Positions 27,142 to 36,754 of a stretch of 64,000 nucleotides of DNA are shown here, in pieces (position 1 is the first letter of the stretch; every line of letters starts with the position of its first letter). Under the pieces are notes generated by a model. It ran no database searches. It was given only the letters and a program-made list of their open reading frames with translations, and had not been told where the DNA came from. The DNA comes from a bacterium (lineage in GTDB: Bacteria > 4484-113), in the NCBI GenBank assembly GCA_021163765.1, contig JAGGTK010000099.1, positions 80,089-144,088 of the forward strand. The letters run 5' to 3'. The position numbers were made by a program, and so were the translations under genes.

Positions 27142-28245
27142 TTATGCTCCCGGCCGGCCTTCACTAGCGGTCAGCATTCCGCAGGCTGCCGCAATATCCC
27201 GTCCCCGGCTGCGGCGGTAAGTCGCGTAGACACCAGCGGCTTTCAGGTAGTTCTGGAAATCCTCAGCCTTTGCGTAGGGTGTCGGCTGGAACTCCGCGGA
27301 TGGCAGGGGGTTGTATTCGATCAGATTTACGTGGCAGGCGTTGAATCCCCGAAAGCGGCTGCGAAGGCGGGACGGTGGGATGGCCTTACGCTGGCGCGGG
27401 ACCACGCCGTACGCAAGCGTCGCCAGTGCCGCAGCGTCTTCCCGCGTGTCGTTTACCCCTTCTAGCAGCAGGTATTCCAGTGTCACCTTGCCCAGCCCTT
27501 CAGACGTAATCAGTTCGTCGAACAGGTCGCCCAGAGGGAAGCGTTTTGCCGCCGGCATGTGTTGCTGGCGCTGGCCGTCGCCTGGGAAGTGGAGTGAAAG
27601 CGCAAGCTCCACTCCCGGAAGCTCGCGGGCCAGGTGGGAGATTCGCCCCCGGAGGCCTACCGTGGAAACCGTAATCCGCCGGGGAGAGCAGGCCTGGCCG
27701 TCGGGATGCACCAGGTGCTTCAGGGCTTTTATAACCTGCTGGAAGTTGGCCAGCGGCTCCCCCATTCCCATCAGAAGCACGCGGTAAGACGGCAGTTTGT
27801 GTTCGTTTGCGAGAAAGTACACCTGGTGCAGGATTTCGCCCGCAGTCAGGTTGCGCGTTAGCCCAAGCGTGCCGGTGGCGCAGAAGCTGCAATGGAAGGT
27901 GCATCCGGCCTGAGTGCTTACACACAACGAGGCTCCGCTGCGCGAAGGGAGGAACACTGCTTCAAAGCGTGCGCCGTCCGCGGCGCGCAGCAGGTACTTG
28001 ACGGTGCCATCGCGGCCTTTCGCTTTGTGCGAAGCATCGGGCGGCGACAGGGGGAACTGCTGTGCAAGCCGCTGCCGCAGCGACTTCGGCAGATTGGTCA
28101 TTTCCCCGTATTCGAGTACGCGCCGTGAATGGAGCCACGAGTAAAGTTGCCGCGCGCGGTAATCTGCTTCACCGAAGGTGGCGAACTCGCGCTGCCAGTC
28201 CATTGGCGAGAAGCTTAGCGGGCCGCTGTCACTGTCCCGTTCCAT
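27142..28245 (-). CDS. rlmN: 23S rRNA/tRNA adenine-C2 methyltransferase RlmN (radical SAM)
   Basis: YRARQLYSWLH, CVSTQAGCTFHCSFCATG (CxxxCxxC), MGMGEPLAN, C-terminal DIAAACG. Confidence 0.9.
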   Translation of the reverse strand: MERDSDSGPLSFSPMDWQREFATFGEADYRARQLYSWLHSRRVLEYGEMTNLPKSLRQRLAQQFPLSPPDASHKAKGRDGTVKYLLRAADGARFEAVFLPSRSGASLCVSTQAGCTFHCSFCATGTLGLTRNLTAGEILHQVYFLANEHKLPSYRVLLMGMGEPLANFQQVIKALKHLVHPDGQACSPRRITVSTVGLRGRISHLARELPGVELALSLHFPGDGQRQQHMPAAKRFPLGDLFDELITSEGLGKVTLEYLLLEGVNDTREDAAALATLAYGVVPRQRKAIPPSRLRSRFRGFNACHVNLIEYNPLPSAEFQPTPYAKAEDFQNYLKAAGVYATYRRSRGRDIAAACGMLTASEGRPGA

Positions 28246-28254
28246 CGGTCTGGC

Positions 28255-29529
28255 TTACTCCTTCTCCCACTGTGGCGTTACTATCGGGCAGTCAGCGGCT
28301 GAGAAACCCAGAATTTCCCTGACCTGCTTGAGCAGCCGCGTGTGGAGGTTGAGCACGGGCTCGATGATGTTCTCCTGCCGCCGGCAGCTCCGCTCTATTG
28401 TCAGAAGCTCAGGCTCGTCGGCAGAGCCGCTGCCTGAAAGCGGCAGGCCGGACAGCTCAAACTCGTCGCGAAGAGTAGCCGAGATGCCGTCGTAGAACTC
28501 AAGCGCCTGTTCGAGGCGCTGAGCCTTCTTGGCATCCCCCGTCTGCTCGTAGCAGTTTTTAAGCGCTTCCAGCGCCTGGCCGATGTGGTAGTGGTAAACA
28601 CGGTCAAGGGGGCGCGTCTCGCTGGCCTGGAACAGGAAGACGATAATTTTCCACAGCCTTTCCGGATCGCTACTGAAGCTCTCGTCATCCAGCATGGCCT
28701 CAACCATCTTCTGTATCGCCGCGTAGGAGTAAAGGCCGAAGTGCCACTGTAAATCAAAGAACTCGTCGCGGTCGGGCACAGCGCTCCACTTGTTGATAGT
28801 AAGCGGGAGCGGCGGGACGAAGACGAAATGTCCCTTCGGACGGCTGTTTCCCTGGACAATGTCCTCCCAGCACTTCTCAAGGTCTTTGTCCACCCGGAAC
28901 TGCTGAATCGCCATGAAATAAGGCACGAACCAGTTCTCCGGCCACATCCGCGCGGCCCGCCGCATGACGAGTTCGTACTTGTCCTCGTAGCGTTTCCAGC
29001 GAAGCTGGTCGATGCTGCCGAAACGATAGAAGTCGCCGCACCGCAGCGGTGCAACGTAGGCGTAGGCCATCAGGAACTGCCATGCCGGGTTGTCCTCTTC
29101 CATCGTGATGCCTTTCTGGATGTAATTCAGCGAGTTTTCGTATTCATCGCGCTTCGGAAGCAGGTAGTATCCGTACGATACGTAGTTGGCAGGCTCGTCC
29201 GGGTCTTCAGCGATGGCGGCCTCAAAGCTCTTCCGGGTGATGGGGTTTGCGGTGAAGTAGACCTTGTCCAGCTCGTCGCGCAGCTCTTTCTGGCCGGCCT
29301 TGTCAGTGCTGTCGTACTTCCGGATGAATACGCGATGCAGCAGCGTCTGCTGCGCCCACGCTTCGCGGATGCCGTCTCCGCCCAGTGGCTTTACCAGCCG
29401 GTCGCTTGTGAACTCGCGGTCCGGGTCTGTCGCGGGCGAGGTGGTATCCTGCTTGGAAGGAGCAGGGTTGCACGCGCCGAGCGTTAGCGCAAGTGAAGCG
29501 AGCAGCAACTTTAACAGTATGTTTTTCAC
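28255..29529 (-). CDS. Hypothetical helical-repeat lipoprotein
   Basis: Start trimmed to GTG 29529 (VKNILLKLLLASLALTLGAC lipobox), because the ORF-track extension to 29781 runs through tRNA-Glu and into phoU. No catalytic motif recognised. Confidence 0.55.
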   Translation of the reverse strand: MKNILLKLLLASLALTLGACNPAPSKQDTTSPATDPDREFTSDRLVKPLGGDGIREAWAQQTLLHRVFIRKYDSTDKAGQKELRDELDKVYFTANPITRKSFEAAIAEDPDEPANYVSYGYYLLPKRDEYENSLNYIQKGITMEEDNPAWQFLMAYAYVAPLRCGDFYRFGSIDQLRWKRYEDKYELVMRRAARMWPENWFVPYFMAIQQFRVDKDLEKCWEDIVQGNSRPKGHFVFVPPLPLTINKWSAVPDRDEFFDLQWHFGLYSYAAIQKMVEAMLDDESFSSDPERLWKIIVFLFQASETRPLDRVYHYHIGQALEALKNCYEQTGDAKKAQRLEQALEFYDGISATLRDEFELSGLPLSGSGSADEPELLTIERSCRRQENIIEPVLNLHTRLLKQVREILGFSAADCPIVTPQWEKE

Positions 29530-29589
29530 AGGTAGCAGATTATAACAGCGCCGGGCCTGCGCGCGCTTTGCGCGCCTGCGGGATTTATG

Positions 29590-29595
29590 TATAAT
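29590..29595 (+). promoter_or_regulatory. -10 box TATAAT upstream of tRNA-Glu
   Basis: atgTATAATccctcgcac followed by the tRNA 5' end at 29605. The predicted transcription start is about 3 nt before the mature 5' end. Confidence 0.4.
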
Positions 29596-29604
29596 CCCTC
29601 GCAC

Positions 29605-29677
29605 GGCCCCATCGTCTAGTGGCCCAGGACGCAGCCCTCTCAAGGCTGAAACACGGGTTCGACTCCCGTTGGGGCTA
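29605..29677 (+). tRNA. tRNA-Glu (anticodon CUC)
   Basis: Manual cloverleaf: acceptor GGCCCCA/TGGGGCT, D arm GTCT-AGTGGCCC-AGGAC (as in E. coli tRNA-Glu), anticodon stem CAGCC/GGCTG with loop CTCTCAA, T arm ACGGG-TTCGACT-CCCGT, discriminator A. CCA is not encoded. Confidence 0.9.
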
Positions 29678-29743
29678 TTGGGGAACTCATTTATTGCGTA
29701 ATGATAGTTCCCTCCACAGGATATGGGAATCCATGCTGCCGGT

Positions 29744-30415
29744 TCAGCTAACAGGAGCGTCGGGCGATTTATGCCGCACAATCTCCCCTTCGCTCATGTA
29801 GATTACATTCTCGGCGATGTTTGTGGCATGGTCGGCAATGCGTTCCAGGTGTCGTGCGATTCCAAGCAGGTCCAGCAGGTAAACTAGCTCGTCGGGATTA
29901 TTGCGGTGTCGCTCAAGGATGCAGTCGTAGGCATCGCGCTTCTTAGCATCAACCGTGTCGTCCGAAGTGCGGACTTCCTGCGCCGCATTTGCGTCCATAT
30001 TGATGAGAGCCTGAGTCGCCCGACGCAGCATCGACTGAGCTCTATCAGCCATGTCCACGAAGTCAAACACCTTGCTTGTGTGACTGTAAGTGCTGAGCCG
30101 ACCAGCCTTCTTTCCGATGCTGGCAGCGAAATCACCTATCCGCTCCAGATCGCTTGTGGTGCGAAGAACCGAAACGATGAACCTCAGGTCAATAGCGACC
30201 GGCTGGTAGAGAGCCAGGATTTTAAGGCAGTCTTCCTCGATCTCCACTTCCAGCTCGTCAATCTTGGCGTCTCCTTCATACACTTCTAGGCCCAGTAGGA
30301 CGTTGCTTTCAGACACCGCCGTAACCGCTTTATGGACAGCCTCGCCCACTTCGGCGCTCAGAGTAAGTACCTTTCTCTTCAGCTTCTCGATTTCGTTTCG
30401 AAAGTGCTCAGTCAT
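29744..30415 (-). CDS. phoU: Phosphate transport system regulator PhoU
   Basis: Two PhoU repeats with DLERIGDFAASI and HLERIADHATNIAE. GGAG SD. Confidence 0.9.
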   Translation of the reverse strand: MTEHFRNEIEKLKRKVLTLSAEVGEAVHKAVTAVSESNVLLGLEVYEGDAKIDELEVEIEEDCLKILALYQPVAIDLRFIVSVLRTTSDLERIGDFAASIGKKAGRLSTYSHTSKVFDFVDMADRAQSMLRRATQALINMDANAAQEVRTSDDTVDAKKRDAYDCILERHRNNPDELVYLLDLLGIARHLERIADHATNIAENVIYMSEGEIVRHKSPDAPVS

Positions 30416-30433
30416 GTCGGTCTCCTTGATTAC

Positions 30434-31333
30434 CTATCCAAATCGACCGGTGATGTAATCCTCGGTCTGCCTTTGCTCAGGATTGGTAAACAGCTGCTCA
30501 GTGGGCCCGAACTCCACGAGATGTCCTTCGTAAAGGAATGCCGTGAAATCGGAGACCCGAGCAGCCTGCTGCATGTTGTGCGTCACGATGATAATCGTGT
30601 AGTCTTGACGCAGCTCATTAATGAGATCCTCGATGCGCGCAGTGGACTGGGGGTCCAGAGCCGAAGCAGGCTCATCCATGAGCAAAATTTCGGGTCCCAC
30701 TGCCAGCGCGCGGGCGATGCACAGCCTTTGCTGTTGGCCTCCGGATAGGCCGAGCGCGCTATCCCGCAGTCGGTCCTTTACCTCGTCCCACAGTGCTGCT
30801 CGCCTAAGGCTAACTTCCACGAGTTGGTCCATCTGGCCCCTACTTAGAGCACCATGGAGACGCGGGCCATAGGCGACGTTGTCGTAGACGGACTTGGGAA
30901 AGACGTTCGGTTGCTGGAAAACCATTCCAACGGCGCGACGTAGGGAAACCACGTCCACATTAGAACCGTAGATATTCATCTTGTCCACCAGCAGCTCGCC
31001 TGTCACATGGCATGAGGGAATCAGGTCGTTCATGCGGTTGATGGCGCGCAGCAATGTGCTCTTGCCGCAACCGCTGGGACCTATGATAGCCGTAACCACC
31101 CGCTCGCGGAATGAGAGAGTAACTCCCTTAACAGCCTCGTTGTTCCCGTAGAAAACGCTGAATCCTTTGGCCTCGACCATTATCCTGCGCTGGCCAAGCT
31201 CCTGTTCGTTGAACGACTTACGCGTTCGGCTTCCCAGCAAACCCACATCGCCCGCCCGGTTCATCAGACTTATTGCAGCTACAGTTCCTTTATTCTCGTC
31301 GGAAGTTGTTTGGGTTGTTAATGCCTTTTCCAT
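30434..31333 (-). CDS. pstB: Phosphate ABC transporter ATP-binding protein PstB
   Basis: [45 protein letters not shown]. About 45 aa of N-terminal extension, so the start is uncertain. Confidence 0.9.
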   Translation of the reverse strand: MEKALTTQTTSDENKGTVAAISLMNRAGDVGLLGSRTRKSFNEQELGQRRIMVEAKGFSVFYGNNEAVKGVTLSFRERVVTAIIGPSGCGKSTLLRAINRMNDLIPSCHVTGELLVDKMNIYGSNVDVVSLRRAVGMVFQQPNVFPKSVYDNVAYGPRLHGALSRGQMDQLVEVSLRRAALWDEVKDRLRDSALGLSGGQQQRLCIARALAVGPEILLMDEPASALDPQSTARIEDLINELRQDYTIIIVTHNMQQAARVSDFTAFLYEGHLVEFGPTEQLFTNPEQRQTEDYITGRFG

Positions 31334-31338
31334 TTGGC

Positions 31339-32961
31339 TTAACCTCTGAGCCTTTTGGATATCTTTGCGCGCATAAAGATTGCGAAGGCGTTGAGCAGCA
31401 GCACGATCACCATAAGGGAAAGCACCATGCCGTACTGCACGTGTCGGATCTCGTCAACCATCTGGTGTTCGGTTGCCAGGTTGTAGATTGTCCACGGCAG
31501 AGCCGGTGACGGCTTACTCAGCGTTTCCCACGCGCTGAGGGGAAGCCCCACGCTCACAGCCGCTGTAAAGATGATGGGTGCGGTTTCACCCGCTGCGCGT
31601 CCCATGCTGATGACTATACCGGTCAGCATGCCCGGCAATGCAGCAGGCAGCACCACGGTGAGGACACACCTGCCCTTGCTTGCTCCGAGACCAAGCGAAG
31701 CTTCGCGATAGGTAGTGGGGACCGTCTTGATGGCCTCTTCGGATGCGCGTATTACTGTTGGCAGCACGAGCAGTGCCAGCGTAAGCGCACCCGCTAGTAC
31801 GCTCTTTGAATCCGACACGCCGACTACGTTGATGAAGAACGCGAGTCCGAATAGGCCAAAGACAATGCTAGGCACTGCAGCTAATGTGTCAATGCAGGAG
31901 CGAATTATCCGGATGAAGGCGGTCTTCTTTGCATACTCGGAGAGATATACAGCCGCTGCGATCCCAAACGGTATGGCGAAGAGCAGCGCTCCGATAGTAA
32001 GGTATATTGTCCCCAAGACTGATGGCCATATGCCGCCGAAGAAATGGGCGTCGACTGACTCGTCTGTGATGAACTGCCAGTAAAAAACCCTTCGGGGCAG
32101 CATCATTTCTTCAAGGCTATTCTCTATCATCCCGAAGACCGGCTCAATGGCTGTTCCTCGGTACCGCTCCACTCGCGGAACTTTCTCGACTTTTCTCATC
32201 CCTGTTTCATCGTCGTCAACGTAGGTCTCTTCGTAGAGTATCTGATGGGCCACAAGTTGGGCGCGGTCCCACCTGGTCTCGCCGTACTGGTCACGCACCA
32301 ATGCGGGTTCCGGGTCATCGGGCAGCGGCCCGAATAGCCGGCGAAGGAGGAACTTGAGTTCTTCAAGGTCAGCCGCGTAGATCTCTCGATTGGACAGGTC
32401 AACGCTCTCGATTGTCTCAAGGTACGCCTCGGCCATTGAGAAGATCTCGCTCATGGCTGTATCGTTAAATCCGGCCCTGTACTTCGACTCGAGGAGTGAT
32501 TTTGCAAGGCGTGTAGCTTCTTCGTTGTTAGAAGATGTGATTACCTCCAGGAACTCATCACGCAGGTTCCTGGCAGTGTCGAGCATTCGCTCCGCGTCTT
32601 TCGAGCGCAGGCCTTCCGCTAGGCGTAATTCGCCCTTGTAGCTCCTGTAAACATCTTTGGCTGCGTCTTCGAGGTGGGCAACCGTGATGCCAGCTTCGAA
32701 TGACTTGACTGCATCAAACAAAGGCTGTCGGGCCATTTGGGCGCGTTCTAGCTCCGCCTTGATCTGCGTGGGATTCCCTCGGGAGAAGTGCTCCAGGAAA
32801 AGGGATCGACGCTCAATTGTGGCTTCGAATAGCACTGCTCCCATCCCCCGGGCCACTATGGGGCCGAGGACAACCAGCAGTGTTACGACGATTATTGCGG
32901 TGGAGAACCAGCCGGTAGCCGTGAAGGCCTTGTCAAGCGTCTTGCGCGTCGTAATCAGCAT
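31339..32961 (-). CDS. pstA: Phosphate ABC transporter permease PstA (long form with a large insert after TM1)
   Basis: C-terminal permease core with EAA loop [24 protein letters not shown]. Start set to ATG 32961 (MLITTRK), which overlaps the pstC stop by 7 nt. Confidence 0.85.
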   Translation of the reverse strand: MLITTRKTLDKAFTATGWFSTAIIVVTLLVVLGPIVARGMGAVLFEATIERRSLFLEHFSRGNPTQIKAELERAQMARQPLFDAVKSFEAGITVAHLEDAAKDVYRSYKGELRLAEGLRSKDAERMLDTARNLRDEFLEVITSSNNEEATRLAKSLLESKYRAGFNDTAMSEIFSMAEAYLETIESVDLSNREIYAADLEELKFLLRRLFGPLPDDPEPALVRDQYGETRWDRAQLVAHQILYEETYVDDDETGMRKVEKVPRVERYRGTAIEPVFGMIENSLEEMMLPRRVFYWQFITDESVDAHFFGGIWPSVLGTIYLTIGALLFAIPFGIAAAVYLSEYAKKTAFIRIIRSCIDTLAAVPSIVFGLFGLAFFINVVGVSDSKSVLAGALTLALLVLPTVIRASEEAIKTVPTTYREASLGLGASKGRCVLTVVLPAALPGMLTGIVISMGRAAGETAPIIFTAAVSVGLPLSAWETLSKPSPALPWTIYNLATEHQMVDEIRHVQYGMVLSLMVIVLLLNAFAIFMRAKISKRLRG

Positions 32962-34166
32962 TTCCGGTGTCTCCGCTTGGTTATACGGCGGCTGCTGGTT
33001 CTGTGGCCAACATGCTGAGCGGACCATTCACTAACGAGGTTGCACAGGAAGACGAACAGAAGCAGTACTGCCGCCAGGGCAAAGAGGACGCTATAGCGGG
33101 ATGCGCCTGTAACCTGGTCTGCTTCGCCCATTTCCCCGGCAATGGTTGCCGTTACCGTTCTTACCGGTTCGAGGAAGTTGTAAAACGGGCTGGGGATCTT
33201 GGATGCATTTCCGGAGGCCATCCACACAACCATAGTCTCACCGGAGGCGCGCATCACGCCTAGCACGACGGCGGCCAGAATGCCGCTCTTTGCAGATGGC
33301 ACGACCACCTTCAACAGCGTCTCAACGCGGGTTGCACCCAGGGAATAGCTGGCTTCCCGGAGCGTACGTCCCACCGCCGTGAGCGAGTCCTCTGAAACAC
33401 TGACGACCGTAGGTACTGCCATAATCCCGAGTATGATGGCCACGTTCAGCGCATTCGTGCCGCTGACTACTTCAACTCCCATCAGCGTTCTGACCATGAT
33501 GAAGGTCAGGATGGCTGTGACGCCAAGGAAAACGACGAGCAAGACTATACGCGACGCTTTGCCCCTGGATTCCGGGAGCCAATTGGCAATAACGTCCGCT
33601 CCTACCGTAGAGAGAATGATACCTACCGGTATCACTATCAGCGCAGCGCCTATAGCCAGCAGTGCGCCTCCGTGGCTCTGAAGTAACGGCGCAAAGACCA
33701 CAAGTGCAAAGAAGCCGTAAACTACGGACGGTATCGCCGCCAGCAGCTCGACTACAGGTTTGATTACCTGACGGACGCTGAAGGGAACCACGTCGCTGAG
33801 GAACAAAGCTATGATGAGACCCAGGGGAGCAGCGAACAGCGTCGCACCCAGCGTCACCATTGCGCTGCCGAAGAAGAGTGCCAGGGCGCCAAATTGGGGG
33901 GTGATGTTTGACGGAAACCAGTTGGTGCTTGTAAGAAACTCAGCGAGTCCCTGTTCTCTGAAAAAGGGAATCGCCTCGCGGATGATGAAGACGAAGATAA
34001 AGAATACGGCCAGAACGGAACTCGAAGCCACGACGAACAGCAAACCGTTGATGCTCTTTTCGATGAGCGCAGTTAGCTGTATCCTGCGCTTGCTGGCAGT
34101 GATTCTGTCGCCCAGCCTGCGAGGCTGGGCGACAGTCCTGCGACACAACGCGTTTCTAAGCATCAC
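32955..34166 (-). CDS. pstC: Phosphate ABC transporter permease PstC
   Basis: EAA loop VSEDSLTAVGRTLREASYSLGATR. Position between pstS and pstA. GTG 34166 or ATG 34163 start. Confidence 0.85.
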   Translation of the reverse strand: MMLRNALCRRTVAQPRRLGDRITASKRRIQLTALIEKSINGLLFVVASSSVLAVFFIFVFIIREAIPFFREQGLAEFLTSTNWFPSNITPQFGALALFFGSAMVTLGATLFAAPLGLIIALFLSDVVPFSVRQVIKPVVELLAAIPSVVYGFFALVVFAPLLQSHGGALLAIGAALIVIPVGIILSTVGADVIANWLPESRGKASRIVLLVVFLGVTAILTFIMVRTLMGVEVVSGTNALNVAIILGIMAVPTVVSVSEDSLTAVGRTLREASYSLGATRVETLLKVVVPSAKSGILAAVVLGVMRASGETMVVWMASGNASKIPSPFYNFLEPVRTVTATIAGEMGEADQVTGASRYSVLFALAAVLLLFVFLCNLVSEWSAQHVGHRTSSRRITKRRHRKC

Positions 34167-34169
34167 GGC

Positions 34170-35018
34170 TTAGTAACTGGTTAGTGGCACAAAGCCGAGG
34201 CTCTCGATGATTTCCTGCCCCTTCTCCGAGTAGTGCATAGTGACAAGCGCATGAACATGGCCACCCAGTTCGGGATAGCCGTTGGTGAACATGTACAGGG
34301 GACGGGCAATCGGGTAAGTACCCGCTGCGACTGTTTTCAGCGTGGCAGAGACTCCGTTTACCGGAAGGCTCTTGACCGTCTTGTCCACGAAGCCAAGACC
34401 CACGTAGCCGATTGCCGCCTGCGTGCTCTGAACCCGCTGGCGCACAGCGCCATTGCTGCCAACGTACTCCACGCCGGAACCCATTTTCTCTTTACTCATT
34501 ACCTTCTTCTCGAACGTCTCGTATGTGCCGCTATTCGTGTCACGGCTGATGACGACTATCTTCATGTCCGGTCCACCGAGTTGCTTCCAGTTGGTAATCT
34601 TGCCGGTATAAATGCCTTTGAGCTGCTTCATAGTCAGTGCCTTCACCCCATTGCTCGGGTGAACAATCGGTGCTACGCCGTCCATGGCTATTGTGTGTGC
34701 AACAGGCATGATACCCTTGGCAACGCACGCAGAGAACTCGTTTGGTTTCATAAAGCGGGAAAGATTAGCGATGTCACACTTGCCGTTAAGCAGGCTTTTC
34801 ACGCCGTTACCGCTGCCCGACTCGCTGATGGTGATGTTCACGCTCGGATGTGTTTTCATATAGTACTCGGCAAACGCCTTGGCAATCGGACCGACAGTAG
34901 TCGACCCGTCCATGACAATCGTCGTTGCGGCAAAGGCACTGCTGCCGAGCGCGACCATCCCTCCGATTACCACCGCTGATATCGTGGTAAGCAACGAAAT
35001 GCGAAATTGTTTAGTCAT
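34170..35018 (-). CDS. pstS: Phosphate-binding protein PstS
   Basis: Start at ATG 35018 (MTKQFRISLLTTISAVVIGG...), preceded by AAAGGAGAAAGGAGAA. GSTTVGP and SGSGNG phosphate-binding motifs. Confidence 0.85.
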   Translation of the reverse strand: MTKQFRISLLTTISAVVIGGMVALGSSAFAATTIVMDGSTTVGPIAKAFAEYYMKTHPSVNITISESGSGNGVKSLLNGKCDIANLSRFMKPNEFSACVAKGIMPVAHTIAMDGVAPIVHPSNGVKALTMKQLKGIYTGKITNWKQLGGPDMKIVVISRDTNSGTYETFEKKVMSKEKMGSGVEYVGSNGAVRQRVQSTQAAIGYVGLGFVDKTVKSLPVNGVSATLKTVAAGTYPIARPLYMFTNGYPELGGHVHALVTMHYSEKGQEIIESLGFVPLTSY

Positions 35019-35155
35019 TGAGGTTCTCCTTTCTCCTTTAGTGGTTTGTATCAAACCCATATTTCGTACGCCTCAACGTCTTGGCGCAATCGACCCGGCA
35101 GGACCCGGCTTAACAGTAGTGGCCGAGTCCCACATAGTCCGCAATAAAAGTACGC

Positions 35156-36475
35156 TTAGAACTTGAATTTGAAGTCGAACTGCAAGCGTTTGTAGCTCTT
35201 GCCACCAGCCAGACCGGCATCGTTCAGGAAGTAAGTGAGACCGGCGCTCGTGTTTTTCGTAAGCGCAACACCCAGGCCGAGCACGTGGCCTTTGCCGTCG
35301 GTGCCACCGCCAATGAAATCGGAGTCGCAGAAAGCACCGAGGACAGCGTCGGCTTCAACGCGGCGGTAGTTGTATTTGAACTCCCACTCGCCAGGATTCT
35401 TTGCCTTGCCCAGGTTCGCGCCGACCAGCCAGCCTTTATCATCGGTATCCGCATCGGTGTTGGTCACGTAGTCTCCGTAAACGGTGAACGGCGTGTTTCC
35501 CAGTTTTGTGGTTACCTCAGCAAAAGCCTCAAACTCCCTGAAGCCAGTGGTGTAAGTGATGTCACCGGTGTTCGGATCTGTGTTGACACTGTTGCCGAAA
35601 CTGTCGGTGGCATCGACAAGCGGCGTCTGGCCTTCTACGTTGGTGAACGCATAGTAGCCTACGCCCACAGTGGCCTTTGTATTGCTGCCACCTTTCAGGT
35701 GCAGGCCGGTCTGTGCTCCGAGTATCCGCGCATCCGCAGCGGCCTTTCGCTCGTCTGCCCAGAAGTGTGCCACGTTCAGGAACGGTTTCGTATCGCCGGA
35801 ACCTTCGAACCTCACGGCCAGACCTTCGGGATTCATATCCCCGTCCCAGAGTAACTGGCTCTTGGCGGGCTTGAAGAAAGGATTGGACATCTTGCCGCCA
35901 TAGACAGTCATGTTCTCGCTTGGGTGCCAGTCGAAGTAAGCGCGGTCAAGCCAGATGCTCTTGCTGGAAAACGCGCCGTCGAGTGTCTGGTTTGTGGATA
36001 CTGGATCCGCTGAACCTGATGCCAGGCGGACTTTGATGTCCACCTGGTCATTCACCTTACCGGTCAGCCCCAGGCGTGCACGAACACGTTCGCGGTTGCG
36101 GCTCTTTTTCCCCGTCTTGTTGATGTGTTCGTAGCGATAGCGCAAGTCGCCGCTCACCTTCACTTTCGGGACCCAGGACGGGAGCGGCTCCTGTTCCTTC
36201 AGCTTGTCCACCTTCTCAGTATTCGCGCTCAATCCACCTTCAACCGCGACCAGCCTTTCAGAAAGCTCCTCGATTTGAGACTGCTGCTCCTCAATGATTT
36301 TCATCAGGTCGGCTATGTCGAGACCGGCGTAGCTCTCGTCCGGGCCTTCGGTCGCCTCTTGAACAACAACCGCCTCGGTCGTATCGGAGTCGTCCGTTGA
36401 GGATGCTTCGTCAGCCCAGGCAATGACGGAAAGCGCTAGAAGCGCGGACAATGCGATTACGAGTGCTTTTTTCAT
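35156..36475 (-). CDS. Outer-membrane beta-barrel porin with N-terminal acidic/coiled-coil region; first gene of the pst operon (likely phosphate-related porin)
   Basis: Start ATG 36475 with GGAGG SD. Signal MKKALVIALSALLALSVIAWA. Coiled coil IEEQQSQIEELSERL. Alternating beta-strand pattern and C-terminal LQFDFKFKF (terminal Phe). Confidence 0.65.
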   Translation of the reverse strand: MKKALVIALSALLALSVIAWADEASSTDDSDTTEAVVVQEATEGPDESYAGLDIADLMKIIEEQQSQIEELSERLVAVEGGLSANTEKVDKLKEQEPLPSWVPKVKVSGDLRYRYEHINKTGKKSRNRERVRARLGLTGKVNDQVDIKVRLASGSADPVSTNQTLDGAFSSKSIWLDRAYFDWHPSENMTVYGGKMSNPFFKPAKSQLLWDGDMNPEGLAVRFEGSGDTKPFLNVAHFWADERKAAADARILGAQTGLHLKGGSNTKATVGVGYYAFTNVEGQTPLVDATDSFGNSVNTDPNTGDITYTTGFREFEAFAEVTTKLGNTPFTVYGDYVTNTDADTDDKGWLVGANLGKAKNPGEWEFKYNYRRVEADAVLGAFCDSDFIGGGTDGKGHVLGLGVALTKNTSAGLTYFLNDAGLAGGKSYKRLQFDFKFKF

Positions 36476-36662
36476 GAATCCTCCTGTGACTGTATGTTCA
36501 GTGAGGCATCGGACTGAAATGTATAAATCCTCCATGGCAGCCCGCTCGGTAGTTGGCCGGATAAGTTGACGCGAGTCTCTTAGCGAAGAAGACTTGGCGA
36601 GCCTTCATGCGGTATCTACGTGAACGTCGTCCGATTCTCACGGGTTCAAGCTATCCGGACTC

Positions 36663-36701
36663 AATTAGAGTTGGATTAGCCTTCTGTTAGTTTCCTGTTA
36701 G
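36663..36701 (-). promoter_or_regulatory. Four direct PhoP/PhoB-type boxes with exact 11-bp phasing upstream of porin-pst operon
   Basis: Minus strand reads CTAACA-ggaaa-CTAACA-gaagg-CTAATC-caact-CTAATT. On the plus strand the hexamers end at 36668, 36679, 36690 and 36701. This matches the TT(A/T/C)ACA-type 6-bp repeats with ~5-bp spacers of PhoP, and the CTGTxAx 11-bp Pho box periodicity. Confidence 0.6.
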
Positions 36702-36754
36702 CTTATGCGCCTTCGGGCGCTCCTGATCTGCACTCATCGAAATTCTGTCCAAAC

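Noticed and set aside
29681-29712. GGGAACT...AGTTCCC 7-bp inverted repeat between tRNA-Glu and phoU as a bidirectional terminator
   Set aside because: The loop is 18 nt and neither strand has a flanking T/U-tract. It is plausible but unsupported.
29530-29781. 5' extension of ORF 28255-29781 in the ORF track
   Set aside because: The extension runs antisense through tRNA-Glu (29605-29677) and into phoU. A GTG at 29529 gives a proper lipoprotein signal peptide instead.
31339-33027. Roughly 300-aa insertion in PstA as a novel domain
   Set aside because: Long-form PstA/PstC proteins with a large insertion after TM1 are known in other bacteria. Nothing here looks beyond that. The ORF-track start at 33027 was also rejected in favour of ATG 32961.
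36707-36720. GCGCC-TTCG-GGCGC hairpin 35 nt downstream of phoR as an intrinsic terminator
   Set aside because: The stem is only 5 bp and no U-tract follows on the transcribed (minus) strand. That is not enough to call a terminator.
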